DNA of 64,000 nucleotides, taken from the NCBI GenBank assembly GCA_049322915.1, contig JBMOPW010000034.1, forward strand, positions 351,670 to 415,669. Direction: 5' to 3'. Positions 1 to 9,637 of this stretch are shown in pieces. The notes beneath the pieces were generated by a model. The model was not told where the DNA came from. It did no database searches and was given only the letters and a program-made list of their open reading frames with translations. The DNA is from Candidatus Zhuqueibacterota bacterium (GTDB lineage: Bacteria > Zhuqueibacterota > Zhuqueibacteria > Thermofontimicrobiales > Thermofontimicrobiaceae). Position 1 is the first letter of the stretch; the number at the start of each line of letters is the position of its first letter. Both the position numbers and the translations under genes were made by a program.

Positions 1-991
1 GAAATTCCAGATCATAATCCTGAAATGCGGCCTTATTGATGCGGTCTCCAATAGCGAGAATTCCTTGCGTCTTTCTCTTGATGCGCATGGGGACTACCAC
101 TCGAATTTCCGCTTTGCGTAGGACATGCAGTGTGGAATTGGATTCGGTCTCACCGTTCAAAAGGACTGGATCGGCGATGGTCGCTAATTCATTCAGATAA
201 ACCTCGGCGGAAAAATCGACTGGAATCTCATGGTCACGGATCCCCTTGGTCACTGCCAGCCGCATCCTTCCGTTGTTCTCAGCAAAAATCAGACAGCGGT
301 TGACGAGCATTTCTCCCATGACAGCGAAGCACAACAGGTTCAATATTTTCTCGGAGTCCAGGATTGAGTTGAGCTCGCGACTGATATCAAAAATAGTGTT
401 CAATTCCTGAATTTTCTTGTCCAGCCGACGGTTCACTTCCTGCAAGCTGCGCACCATGAGCCCGTTTTCGATGGAAGTGGCAGCGATATTCGAGAGCGAT
501 TTCAGATATTCAATTTCTGTCTTTTGGAAATTGCCGGAGACGATCTTGCTGCCAAATCCGATGAATCCCAACGTCTTGTCACTGCTGCGGATGGGAATGA
601 GTAATATAATTTTATGCTGCGCAAAAAAATCGATGCTGGAGTAGCTGCTCTCGATTTGTTCAACAAACACAGGCTCGCTCAGCGGATAATCAAATTCAAT
701 TTTCGTGTCAATAAATTCTTTCGGAAGGCCTTTGAGAGTTTCTATCTGGAAGGTATGTCCTTCATTGTGAAGCAAAACGATCCCGCGGGTTATCATCATT
801 TTGCCCATGGGAGTCAATAACATATTATCGAGTATGGACTTTAAATTGAGCGAAGAATTGAGAGTCTGGGAGACTTCGAATAATGATTGAAGCTCCATTA
901 ATTTTTCATCAAGTTTACGGCTTACTCCCTCGTGTTCCGAATTGGTTGAATCAATCACATTCTGGTCATTGGTCTCAGTAGCTGAGATCAT
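1..991 (-). CDS. Tandem GAF-domain protein, 3'-truncated by the window edge; probably an RsbU-like (SpoIIE/PP2C) phosphatase
   Basis: Not in the ORF track. Manual translation from ATG at 991, which overlaps the rsbW stop (TGATG): MISATETNDQ...LMELQSLFEVSQTLNSSLNLKSIL...IPIRSSDKTLGFIGFG...EIEYLKSLSNIAATSIEN...IQELNTIFDISRELNS...VPMRIKRKTQGILAIG, giving two GAF units. The phosphatase domain is inferred from context only. Confidence 0.8.
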   Translation of the reverse strand, partial: MISATETNDQNVIDSTNSEHEGVSRKLDEKLMELQSLFEVSQTLNSSLNLKSILDNMLLTPMGKMMITRGIVLLHNEGHTFQIETLKGLPKEFIDTKIEFDYPLSEPVFVEQIESSYSSIDFFAQHKIILLIPIRSSDKTLGFIGFGSKIVSGNFQKTEIEYLKSLSNIAATSIENGLMVRSLQEVNRRLDKKIQELNTIFDISRELNSILDSEKILNLLCFAVMGEMLVNRCLIFAENNGRMRLAVTKGIRDHEIPVDFSAEVYLNELATIADPVLLNGETESNSTLHVLRKAEIRVVVPMRIKRKTQGILAIGDRINKAAFQDYDLEF

Positions 992-1461
992 CACGCGTTC
1001 TCCTTCTCTACCTTACCTTGCCGTATCAAATACTTCGACATTTTAACGCTTGTTTTTTCTCCGGGCGTCGACTCAAATTCCACTTCATCCATCAATGCTT
1101 TCATCAGGTAAATGCCCAATCCACCAACGCGCATTTCGGCCAGGTACTCTTTCACATTTTTACGCGATATCTGACTGATATCAAATCCTTTCCCCTGATC
1201 GGAAATGATGATCGTAATTTTCTTGTAATCGATTTCAATGACCAGATCAATGGGATTTTGAGAGTCTTTATTATAGGCATGCTTCACAACGTTGGCGCAC
1301 CCTTCGTCCACCGCTAACTCGATCTTATTCACATCGTCATCGTTAAAGCCAACCTTGGTAGCAATCGTCGAAACAAACAGCCGAATCAATTCGAGATTAT
1401 CGGTTCTGCTCGGGATTTTCAACTGATATTTGGTTATATCATCAGACAAAATAGTCACCAC
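991..1461 (-). CDS. rsbW: Anti-sigma factor / serine kinase (RsbW/SpoIIAB family, HATPase_c)
   Basis: N-box ELAVDEGCANVVKHAY, G1 DQGKGFD, G2 GGLGIYLM; adjacent to a STAS protein. Confidence 0.9.
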   Translation of the reverse strand: MVTILSDDITKYQLKIPSRTDNLELIRLFVSTIATKVGFNDDDVNKIELAVDEGCANVVKHAYNKDSQNPIDLVIEIDYKKITIIISDQGKGFDISQISRKNVKEYLAEMRVGGLGIYLMKALMDEVEFESTPGEKTSVKMSKYLIRQGKVEKENA

Positions 1462-1471
1462 CTTTTCTGGA

Positions 1472-1819
1472 TTAACTATTAAATTTATTTACGGCCTCGA
1501 TCTCTTCTGAGAAAATATCATATAACGTCGGAAATCCCAACAGATCAAAAACACGAAATATTTTCGAGGGCATATTGGTTAATTTAATGTCGCCGCTATT
1601 GGTTCGGATATCTTCAATAAATCCCATGAAAACTCCGAGACCGGCGCTGCTGATGTAAATAAGCTCCTTGAAATTAACGATAATATTGAACTGCTTTTCA
1701 TCTATCAAAGATTGTAACTCATGCTCCAGCATTGGCGCGGTATGAGCATCCAGATATCCCTTGATGTACAGAACGACGACATTGCCAGCGTTCTTTTTTG
1801 ATACCTCAAATGATTCCAT
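1472..1819 (-). CDS. rsbV: Anti-sigma factor antagonist (STAS domain, RsbV/SpoIIAA family)
   Basis: GYLDAHTAP and phosphoacceptor motif YISSAGLG; 115 aa; AGGAG SD upstream. Confidence 0.92.
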   Translation of the reverse strand: MESFEVSKKNAGNVVVLYIKGYLDAHTAPMLEHELQSLIDEKQFNIIVNFKELIYISSAGLGVFMGFIEDIRTNSGDIKLTNMPSKIFRVFDLLGFPTLYDIFSEEIEAVNKFNS

Positions 1820-2217
1820 ATACGTTGACTCCTGTTATTTCAGACCATCAATTAGTTTGGAATTGAGCAGTTATTTTTAACCCAAATCAGGCAATAGAAA
1901 ATTGAAGAATCACTGCCAGGACACGAAAACGGTAGCCAAACTCAGGGTATTTTACATATCACGCAAAGCCGTTAAGCCGACTCGCATCAGTTTTATTAAC
2001 CGTTCAGCCACCGGATAGCACCGGACATGTACCCAGCGCGATCAAGTCGCTAAACAGCGCCGGAGATACGTCAAATATCGACGAACCTGATTTTATATGA
2101 GTAACTTTAAAGCAAGGTTAATAGTTTTTTTATAAAAGCCAACTGTCGAATGCATCGAACTCCGAACTCTCCTTCTGCTTAATCAAAATTTGCAACCTAT
2201 ATTTTTAAAAGCGCCGT

Positions 2218-2246
2218 AATATAACCAATCCATCGCTAATAATCAA
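2218..2246 (-). promoter_or_regulatory. Putative sigma70-type promoter upstream of rsbV
   Basis: TTGATT-N17-TATATT on the minus strand. Confidence 0.5.
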
Positions 2247-2255
2247 TAAAAAAAC

Positions 2256-4334
2256 CTATCTTATTTTCACAACCACTGTGGTGAGATCGTCGTGTTTGGC
2301 GTGCAGGCCGGTGAACGCATTCACTCGTGTCAGAATTTCCTTCTTGATCTCTCTGGCTTGCCGCTGATGACACTCCATCACCACCTGCGATAATCGATGC
2401 TCTTCGAATTCTTCGTGCTCCATATTTCGCGCTTCGTTCAGGCCATCGGTGAAAAAGACGAACACGTCTTCGGCCGACAGTGGAATTGTCTCCTCTGCCA
2501 GTGTGTCCCTGAAAGTAGCCCCGGGATCCAGGCCAAGAGCCAGGCCCGGCGGTTCGACAAGAAACACACTCTCATCGCTCTTCCGCCAGTAAAGAACCGG
2601 GCAATGGCCGGCGCGGCAGAACTGGAACACTTTTTGTCTCAGGTCGAATATGCCATAAATAATGCTGACGAACGTCTTCCGGTCGAAGGTGGTGTACAGG
2701 ATTTTATTGGCGCGGATCAGCAATTCTTTGGGCGAGCAGTTGGAATCGCTCAGCGATTCGATCACCCCCTTGACCTCAGCCATATAAAATGCTGCTTCAG
2801 GCCCTTTGCCGGAAACGTCGCCGATAACAACCGCCAGCCGATCATCATCGAATTTGAAAAAATCATAGTAGTCGCCGCCCACCTCGTTCGCAGTGATACA
2901 ACTGGCGTCGATGTCCAGATGTTTCATCTCCGGCATGCGCCGCGGCAGCAGTTTCATCTGGGCTTCGTGGGCGATTTTCAGTTCCTGCTCGTACTTCTCC
3001 TTTTCCAGCGACTTTTTCACGAGCCGCGTATTTTCAATGGCGACCGATGCATTATTGGCAAATGCCATCATTAGCGCTCTGTCGTCCTGCAAAAATCCAT
3101 AATCGATGTGCTTGACCGCGTACAAAATACCAATCACCCGCGTCGCTGAAACCAGGGGTATGCCTAACAGCGATCCGGTGGCGCGCTTCCAGTAGTCGAA
3201 TTTCGCCGTCATTTTGTTCCTGGCAATCTGCTCGATCATCAGCACGGACTGATTTTTCAGGATCCATTCGTGGATATCATTTCCGTCAGTCCTCGCGAGA
3301 GTGGCCAACAATTGGCCCGGCAAATTTTTGTGGGCGACCAATTCCATGCGGCGCGATTGTTCATTCATCAGCATCAACCAGCAGTAATTGGCGCCGGTCA
3401 CTTCGACTGTCTGGTCAATGATAATGCTCATCACCCGATTCAAGTCGAACACACCCAGGATGTATCGGGACAAATTATGCAGGGATGAAATTTCTTTCAC
3501 TTTCCGGTCATAGACGCTGGCCGTGGGCAGATACAGTAAAATGATGAGCGCTGAAAACGAGACATAGACGTAAATGAAAATCAGGCTGCCCGAAAAAAAT
3601 CTCCCGGCCATGGCGTTGTAAGCAGTCACTGCCTGCGCATCGGTAATTTTTAGAAAGCCAATGGCGATGATAAGTATCAGCAGACTGAAGATCAACGAGC
3701 GTACCTTCTGGCTTTTATTGATAATTCTCACCCAATGGATTCGGAAAGAATTGATCACGATGAAGTAAATGAGCAGCACATTTACAATCCAGAAAAGAAT
3801 ATGGATCCAGCTTGAGGGATGCTGCAATTGGGACAGATCAAGTTTCGTATCGATGGCCGAAGATGTATACGGGGCGAATAATCCGTATGCCAGCAGCAGC
3901 ACAAAGAGCAGGTTGTAATTCTGCTTTGTGCTGCTTTTTCTTTGAATCAAAATCAGATCCCGAAGAACGGCCAGAGCGACCAGCGTTAGAATCAGGATCA
4001 GTCCGGCAGTGATGGTGAAATAAACTATCTGACTTGGCTGCGCATAATATTGTTCTTCCTTCGGGCAGAAATAGGTCAGCAGGAAAATGGCGACCAGGTC
4101 GAAAAATAGCAGCCTGAATTTATTATCAATGCTAATGCCGCTGATCCACTGTCTGACCGGAAAAAACAAAATCATCAGGGCAGACAGGATGAGTGCGCCC
4201 CGGATCAGCGTTTTCAGGAGAGGCATGGCTGCGTGAAAAAAGCCGGAGACATCCAGCATCAATACCAGAAAAAGCATGATTGCCGGAATTATCAGAATAG
4301 CATTTCGTTTTGAATGTTCAGCCATGATCATCAC
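2256..4334 (-). CDS. Multi-pass membrane GAF + SpoIIE (PP2C) phosphatase
   Basis: About 8 N-terminal hydrophobic helices, GAF (LLGIPLV...VIGILYA...AFANNASVAIEN), PP2C motifs EVGGDYYDF, IGDVSGKG, RAGH, FTDGLNE, HDDLT. Confidence 0.92.
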   Translation of the reverse strand: MMIMAEHSKRNAILIIPAIMLFLVLMLDVSGFFHAAMPLLKTLIRGALILSALMILFFPVRQWISGISIDNKFRLLFFDLVAIFLLTYFCPKEEQYYAQPSQIVYFTITAGLILILTLVALAVLRDLILIQRKSSTKQNYNLLFVLLLAYGLFAPYTSSAIDTKLDLSQLQHPSSWIHILFWIVNVLLIYFIVINSFRIHWVRIINKSQKVRSLIFSLLILIIAIGFLKITDAQAVTAYNAMAGRFFSGSLIFIYVYVSFSALIILLYLPTASVYDRKVKEISSLHNLSRYILGVFDLNRVMSIIIDQTVEVTGANYCWLMLMNEQSRRMELVAHKNLPGQLLATLARTDGNDIHEWILKNQSVLMIEQIARNKMTAKFDYWKRATGSLLGIPLVSATRVIGILYAVKHIDYGFLQDDRALMMAFANNASVAIENTRLVKKSLEKEKYEQELKIAHEAQMKLLPRRMPEMKHLDIDASCITANEVGGDYYDFFKFDDDRLAVVIGDVSGKGPEAAFYMAEVKGVIESLSDSNCSPKELLIRANKILYTTFDRKTFVSIIYGIFDLRQKVFQFCRAGHCPVLYWRKSDESVFLVEPPGLALGLDPGATFRDTLAEETIPLSAEDVFVFFTDGLNEARNMEHEEFEEHRLSQVVMECHQRQAREIKKEILTRVNAFTGLHAKHDDLTTVVVKIR

Positions 4335-4343
4335 GAACAGGTT

Positions 4344-6797
4344 CTATAATATTTTTACGACCAGCATGGTCATATCATCATGCTGGGGAGCTTCTCCCAC
4401 AAATTTAAAAATTTCCTTTTTAAACGCTTCGATCACCTGCTCAGCGGAATGATCCGGGTTGGATTCGAGCACGACCTGAAGCCGGTCTTCTCCGAATTCC
4501 TCCTTGTCGGCGTTCATCGCTTCCGAAAATCCATCGGTGTAGAACAGAAACAGGTCATTGGTCTGAATGCCAATTTTATACTCTTCAATGACCCGGTCGA
4601 AAATTTCTCCATTTTCAAGTCCCAGAGCCAAACCACGCGGACTGAGCATTTCCACCTGCTCGGCATTGTGTTTCTGGATGAGCAATGGATTGTGTCCGGC
4701 CCGCGAGAATGCGAAGTTTCTCTGGCGCAGGTCAAATATCCCGTAGATCATGCTGATGAAGGTCCCGCGTTCTACATTCTCGTAAAACAACTCGTTCATG
4801 TTAATCATGATTTCCCGCGGCGACAGGCCGGATTTCGCCTGGGATTTGAGGAAGCCTTTGGTCAGCGTCATGTGAAACGCCGCCGAGATGCCCTTGCCTG
4901 AGACGTCGCCGATCACCACGCCCAGGTGATGATCGTCGATTTCGATGAAATCAAAATAGTCGCCGCCAACCTCAGTGGCTGGAATACACATACTGGCGAT
5001 ATCGATGCCCTGGATTTTCGGTTTGGATCGCGGCAGGAAACTCAATTGCACCCGCCGGGCGATCTCCAATTCCCGCTGAACGCGCTGCCGCTCCGCCTGG
5101 CGTTGAACATAATCCGGCACATATTTTTCAATTTTAACAAGATCGCCTCTTCGACTGAGGCCAATGAGCGCAACGATGATGGAGCATCCGATAATCACCC
5201 ACATCGCGTAGCCGTTCCAGGCGAGAAAACCATCGTCCATGAAAGTGAACGGATACAGCGCTCGAAGCATGATGTACACAAACGCTCCCCACCAGACCGT
5301 CATAAAATCCGTCTTCAAAAAGAAGATGACGAACACCAATCCGATGATGAAGTTGATCCCAAAATTGACGAAATAGGAGGACAGTTTTAAATTGAAGTAT
5401 CCGTTGAAAGCCAGCACCCAAAACAGACCGCTGATGGCTGCCAAAACAACCATATTCCCGATTTTCTTTCGCAATGCCGTGATGACATAAAGCCGGAAAA
5501 CCATTTCACCGAAACTCGATGTCAGAATCGCCATTCCGATGATGCTCAGCGCCGGCAGCAAAGCGATCAGATTGTTCAATCGATCATCATCATAATTGAG
5601 GAAAAAACTGAATTGGCTATTGGCAGCTTTAACCAGGATAGCCAGCAGGCCAACCGCGATGAAGGCCATGGAAAGTCCGCGCAAAATGGACAGCGCAAAT
5701 TGTGGAAACAGAATAATCCTATTCTTGAGCGCGTCGAATGTGAATATTTTTTCATGCCACACTTCGCGCGCCTCCGATTCGGCAATGGCGCTCACTGAGA
5801 AGAAACCAATGAAAATGAACGGCGACGTGATCAGCATCGGAATGAGCATGGCAAGTATCCAGCGTTCATCTTCCGTAGAAATGTTCATCGCAAGCATCAT
5901 CAGCCACATGAGCATCACAAAAATGCTCAGAAATAAATTGCTCTTCAGGTCAATTTCATCCCGCCTCAATTTTTTAATGAGAACAATGAGAGCCAGAATG
6001 ATGACGCCAATGAAAGAAATAATTTGCGGTATGATCTCTAATTCTATCCTGTAACCGATGTCTTTGATTATTTCTTTAGACGTATATTTAACGTTGAATT
6101 TTCCGATCCGGGAACCCAGGACTGAAACGGAGACAGTCTCTTTTTCACCATAAATCAATTCGCCGCTCTCCCAGGTGAAATGATAATCGAGACGGGTGCC
6201 GGTTTTATCTTCATCTTTTGTTAAAAGCGAATAGCGCGAGTAGTGGTCCGGCCGGTACGTCTGGAGGAACTTGGTCGCCATTGCCAACGCTTCGTCCAAC
6301 GTGAGGGAATCTATCTCGCTTTTTTTTCCCAGGCGTACATTCAGTCCAATTAATTCGCCTGAGGTGCTCAACTCAATGGTGATTGTATCTGATACGGATT
6401 TACCAATTTCCTCTTTCGCTTCTTCCTGTTCTTTATATGAAACTGAAATAAAGTCATCCTTCTGCTTTCCTTCACGGAGCGATAACCTCCAGAAATAAAT
6501 TGGGATTTCATTTTCCAGTATCATTTCATTGCTGCGCTTCAAGCCAAATGTCTTTTGAAAATATCGCAGTTGCTCTTCATTCGTACTGACCCGGCTTCGA
6601 TGCTTCACCTTTGAAATATCGAAATCCAGATTCTGCAAGATTTCATAAGCCTTTTTGACGATCTGGCTTTCATCATAGGTAAACCGAAGCGATGCATCCG
6701 GGAAAATTTCAGCATAAAAAACCAGGTACACAATGAGTAGCAGTATCGCCACGAGGAACAGGACATAGTCCGATTGAGTGATTTTAACACGATTCAT
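4344..6797 (-). CDS. Membrane sensor phosphatase: extracytoplasmic domain, multi-TM (CPBP/Abi-like) region and SpoIIE (PP2C) domain
   Basis: PP2C motifs EVGGDYFDF, IGDVSGKG, RAGHNP, YTDGFSE, HDDMT; N-terminal TM, ~230-aa soluble domain, then about 9 TM helices. Confidence 0.9.
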   Translation of the reverse strand: MNRVKITQSDYVLFLVAILLLIVYLVFYAEIFPDASLRFTYDESQIVKKAYEILQNLDFDISKVKHRSRVSTNEEQLRYFQKTFGLKRSNEMILENEIPIYFWRLSLREGKQKDDFISVSYKEQEEAKEEIGKSVSDTITIELSTSGELIGLNVRLGKKSEIDSLTLDEALAMATKFLQTYRPDHYSRYSLLTKDEDKTGTRLDYHFTWESGELIYGEKETVSVSVLGSRIGKFNVKYTSKEIIKDIGYRIELEIIPQIISFIGVIILALIVLIKKLRRDEIDLKSNLFLSIFVMLMWLMMLAMNISTEDERWILAMLIPMLITSPFIFIGFFSVSAIAESEAREVWHEKIFTFDALKNRIILFPQFALSILRGLSMAFIAVGLLAILVKAANSQFSFFLNYDDDRLNNLIALLPALSIIGMAILTSSFGEMVFRLYVITALRKKIGNMVVLAAISGLFWVLAFNGYFNLKLSSYFVNFGINFIIGLVFVIFFLKTDFMTVWWGAFVYIMLRALYPFTFMDDGFLAWNGYAMWVIIGCSIIVALIGLSRRGDLVKIEKYVPDYVQRQAERQRVQRELEIARRVQLSFLPRSKPKIQGIDIASMCIPATEVGGDYFDFIEIDDHHLGVVIGDVSGKGISAAFHMTLTKGFLKSQAKSGLSPREIMINMNELFYENVERGTFISMIYGIFDLRQRNFAFSRAGHNPLLIQKHNAEQVEMLSPRGLALGLENGEIFDRVIEEYKIGIQTNDLFLFYTDGFSEAMNADKEEFGEDRLQVVLESNPDHSAEQVIEAFKKEIFKFVGEAPQHDDMTMLVVKIL

Positions 6798-6804
6798 CCA
6801 GTGT

Positions 6805-8112
6805 TTACCTCATATATTCGATAGCCAGGCCATAAGGGTAGACATGATTTTGGGATTCTCCGATAATCTGCCCTTGTTGGTCGATTTTAAAAACAGTACC
6901 GCTGCCAGAATCAGCGACGATACAACTGTGATCATAGGGATTGACAATCAAATTTTCCGGTTGAGTAAATCCATCTATCTCCACCAGCTTTTCTCCTGTT
7001 TCACTGAAGCAAAATAATTTGGATCGATACGAGTCATAGCTGAAATCCAGCACCCAGCAATTGCCGGATTCAGAATCGACTGCCACATTCAGAGGATGGA
7101 TCAATTCCAGATCGATGACCAGTTCCAGTTCGCCGTCCGAGCTGAATCGCAGCACGCGGCAGCTATCAGCCACCCAGCAATCGCCGTGTGTTTGATTGAC
7201 AGCCAGGCATTTTGGCCGGTACAGGCTATCGATGACGACCGCAATGCCGCCGTCCCGATTCATTTTGACCACCTGATCCGAACCGATGTCAGCGATCCAG
7301 CAGGCGCCGCTTCCGCCATCGGCGTCGAGATAATAGGGTTTGGTAAAACCATCATATTCCGCAGTCTTTGCGCCTTGCGTATCATATACGAGAATTTTTC
7401 CGAGAGTTTCGTCCGCCAGCCACACGCGATTTTCCCGGGCGTCGAAGGAGAGCGCCACCGGTTCTCCGCTTTCCAGTTCATCGACGATGCGCTGGCCGCC
7501 CATTCTGTCAATGGCTAACACGCGATTGAGCATAACATCCGTGTACCACAGCTCTCCGGTGGACGATATCAATTCGATATCCCAGGGGTAACCGTCAACC
7601 GGGATTCGGTCGATGACCGTGGAGCCGTCGTGGGTGATTTTCAAAACATAGCGCAGAAAGACATCAGTGGCCCAGATGAATGTCGGCCCCGGCGTCATGC
7701 GGATTGTATCGCCGGGCAACGATTCGAAATCGCCCGCTTTCACGGTCATGCAGTACTGATAAGATTGATCGTAGACAAGGTTTCGATCTCTGTACAGATT
7801 CGAATCCGGCGGGGTGAAATGAATGAGCCGAAATGCAGTGTCCCCCACAGTCTTTCGATAAATGTGATGTCCGGAAAAATTTTCCAGCCCGATCGGCGGC
7901 CACAGCAATGTCGCCTGATTATATTCTGAATAGCCGCGAAAGCCCTGGGGTCTGCCTCCGGTCTCTGGGTTTTGGGGATCAATGGGATTCAATCGTTCCC
8001 GGTCAGAGCATGATAACAGGAGGAGAATGCCCGTCGCCAGCAATGATAACAAGGCAAGGACGCTCTGCTTCGAAGATACGATATTGAAATTGCTACTCGT
8101 CTTTCTGAACAT
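6805..8112 (-). CDS. Lipoprotein with FN3-like domain and NHL/beta-propeller repeats
   Basis: Lipobox LLLSC followed by NPIDP; repeated P-x-x-L-A-V-D...CWVAD blades; ATG at 8112 chosen for its AGGTGAG SD. Confidence 0.75.
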   Translation of the reverse strand: MFRKTSSNFNIVSSKQSVLALLSLLATGILLLLSCSDRERLNPIDPQNPETGGRPQGFRGYSEYNQATLLWPPIGLENFSGHHIYRKTVGDTAFRLIHFTPPDSNLYRDRNLVYDQSYQYCMTVKAGDFESLPGDTIRMTPGPTFIWATDVFLRYVLKITHDGSTVIDRIPVDGYPWDIELISSTGELWYTDVMLNRVLAIDRMGGQRIVDELESGEPVALSFDARENRVWLADETLGKILVYDTQGAKTAEYDGFTKPYYLDADGGSGACWIADIGSDQVVKMNRDGGIAVVIDSLYRPKCLAVNQTHGDCWVADSCRVLRFSSDGELELVIDLELIHPLNVAVDSESGNCWVLDFSYDSYRSKLFCFSETGEKLVEIDGFTQPENLIVNPYDHSCIVADSGSGTVFKIDQQGQIIGESQNHVYPYGLAIEYMR

Positions 8113-8182
8113 CTCACCTGAATGTCTAAATCGATTTTTGAAATAAAACTTAAGCTCTAGTGATACACTTTTTTCAACGCAT

Positions 8183-8243
8183 AACACGCAGAGAAAAGTA
8201 AAAAATTTGATTTTATCTCTGCGGCTCTCAGCGACCTCTGCGC
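8183..8243. repeat. Short imperfect inverted-repeat (REP/MITE-like) remnant
   Basis: CGCAGAGA ... TCTCTGCGGCTCTCAGCGACCTCTGCG in an intergenic gap. Confidence 0.4.
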
Positions 8244-8320
8244 TTAATTATTTTGTGAAAATTAATCTTCTAAATGGATATGGTACATTGCCGCAAAACG
8301 GGACCGCGAAAATGCCGGCG

Positions 8321-9625
8321 CTAAACGCCTGGCTTGTCCAACAGCCTGAACATGTTCCTTTTGTACGCCTCGACGCCCGGTTGATCGAACGGGTTGACGC
8401 CCAGCAAATATCCGCTCACCGCCACTGCGGTTTCGAAGAAGAAAATGAGTTGACCCAGCCAATATTCGTCCAGCGCCGGGATTTCAAGCGTCATGTTCGG
8501 CGCGCCGCCATCGACGTGGGCCAGGGCGGTGCCTTGATAGGCCATGTAATTGATGTCGTGAAATGTCCGCCCGGCGAGATAGTTCAGGCCATCCAGATTG
8601 GCATCATCCGCCGAGACACTTATGTCGGACGTCTCCGACGAGGTGATGAGAAATGTCTCGAACATTATGCGCAGACCATCCTGAATGTATTGGCCCAGTG
8701 AGTGAAGATCGGTCGTGAAATTTGCCGACGCAGGGAAAATGCCTTTGTGATCTTTGCCTTCACTCTCGCCGAAAAGCTGTTTCCACCACTCAGCAAAATA
8801 GATTAATTTGGGATTGAAGCCGGACAGGATTTCAATGACTTTTCCCTTGGAATAGAGCAGATAGCGCAAGCCGGCATAGAGATTGGCCACGTTCCGGAAG
8901 ATATCCGGCGACACGAGCTGCTCCGCCATATCCCTCGCGCCCCGGAGCAGTTCAGTCACGTCGAAGCCAGCCGCAGCGATGGGCAGCAGTCCCACCGGGG
9001 TCAGCACTGAAAACCGTCCGCCAATGTCATCGGGAATCACGAATGTGACATATTTTTCCTGCTCCGCGAGTTGCCGCAAAGAGCCTTTCGATTTATCCGT
9101 CACCGCAATGATCCGCTTTCGCGCCCCGGCGGCGCCGTATTTTTCCTCCATCATTTTTTTGAGCACACGAAAGGCGATGCCCGGCTCTGTCGTCGTGCCG
9201 GATTTTGAAATGACATTCAGCCAGCAATTTTTATCCTGCACATAGCGGATCAACTCATTCAGGTACGCCCCATCGATGTGATGCCCGGCAAAGACGACTT
9301 CGGGATTGTGCGAATGCTCCGCTTTGAAATGCGGCGACAGTGCGTCGATAATGGATTTCGCCCCGAGGTACGAACCCCCGATTCCGACGCAGATGAACAC
9401 ATCCGCCGACTTTCTCACTGCCTCTGCTGTGCCTTCAAAAAAAGGTATTTCATCGAGTTTCTGAAACGGCAAATCCAGCCAGCCCAGGAATTGATTCCCC
9501 GGCCCGTTTCGCTCGCGCAGTTGTCTGTGAGCCGCAGTAATTTTTTCCTGAGCCTGTTCCAACTCTGCCATTGAAATGTAATTCTTCATGTGGTCATAAT
9601 TCAAACGAATCGCCTGTATCATCAT
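8321..9625 (-). CDS. pgi: Glucose-6-phosphate isomerase
   Basis: GIGGSYLG, ISKSGTTTEP, IGGRFSVL, QLFGESEGK, DLHSLGQ, NPFDQPGVEAYK. Confidence 0.97.
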   Translation of the reverse strand: MMIQAIRLNYDHMKNYISMAELEQAQEKITAAHRQLRERNGPGNQFLGWLDLPFQKLDEIPFFEGTAEAVRKSADVFICVGIGGSYLGAKSIIDALSPHFKAEHSHNPEVVFAGHHIDGAYLNELIRYVQDKNCWLNVISKSGTTTEPGIAFRVLKKMMEEKYGAAGARKRIIAVTDKSKGSLRQLAEQEKYVTFVIPDDIGGRFSVLTPVGLLPIAAAGFDVTELLRGARDMAEQLVSPDIFRNVANLYAGLRYLLYSKGKVIEILSGFNPKLIYFAEWWKQLFGESEGKDHKGIFPASANFTTDLHSLGQYIQDGLRIMFETFLITSSETSDISVSADDANLDGLNYLAGRTFHDINYMAYQGTALAHVDGGAPNMTLEIPALDEYWLGQLIFFFETAVAVSGYLLGVNPFDQPGVEAYKRNMFRLLDKPGV

Positions 9626-9637
9626 TCCGCCTCATCC

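Noticed and set aside
1930..2030. c-di-GMP-I riboswitch suggested by GCCAAAC...ACGCAAAGCC
   Set aside because: Lacks the GAAA-tetraloop P2 stem and the GGG before ACGCAAAGCC, and is antisense to the downstream operon
1860..2175. tmRNA in the rsbV upstream gap
   Set aside because: No GGGG...TTCGA 5' end or T-arm/CCA 3' end found on either strand
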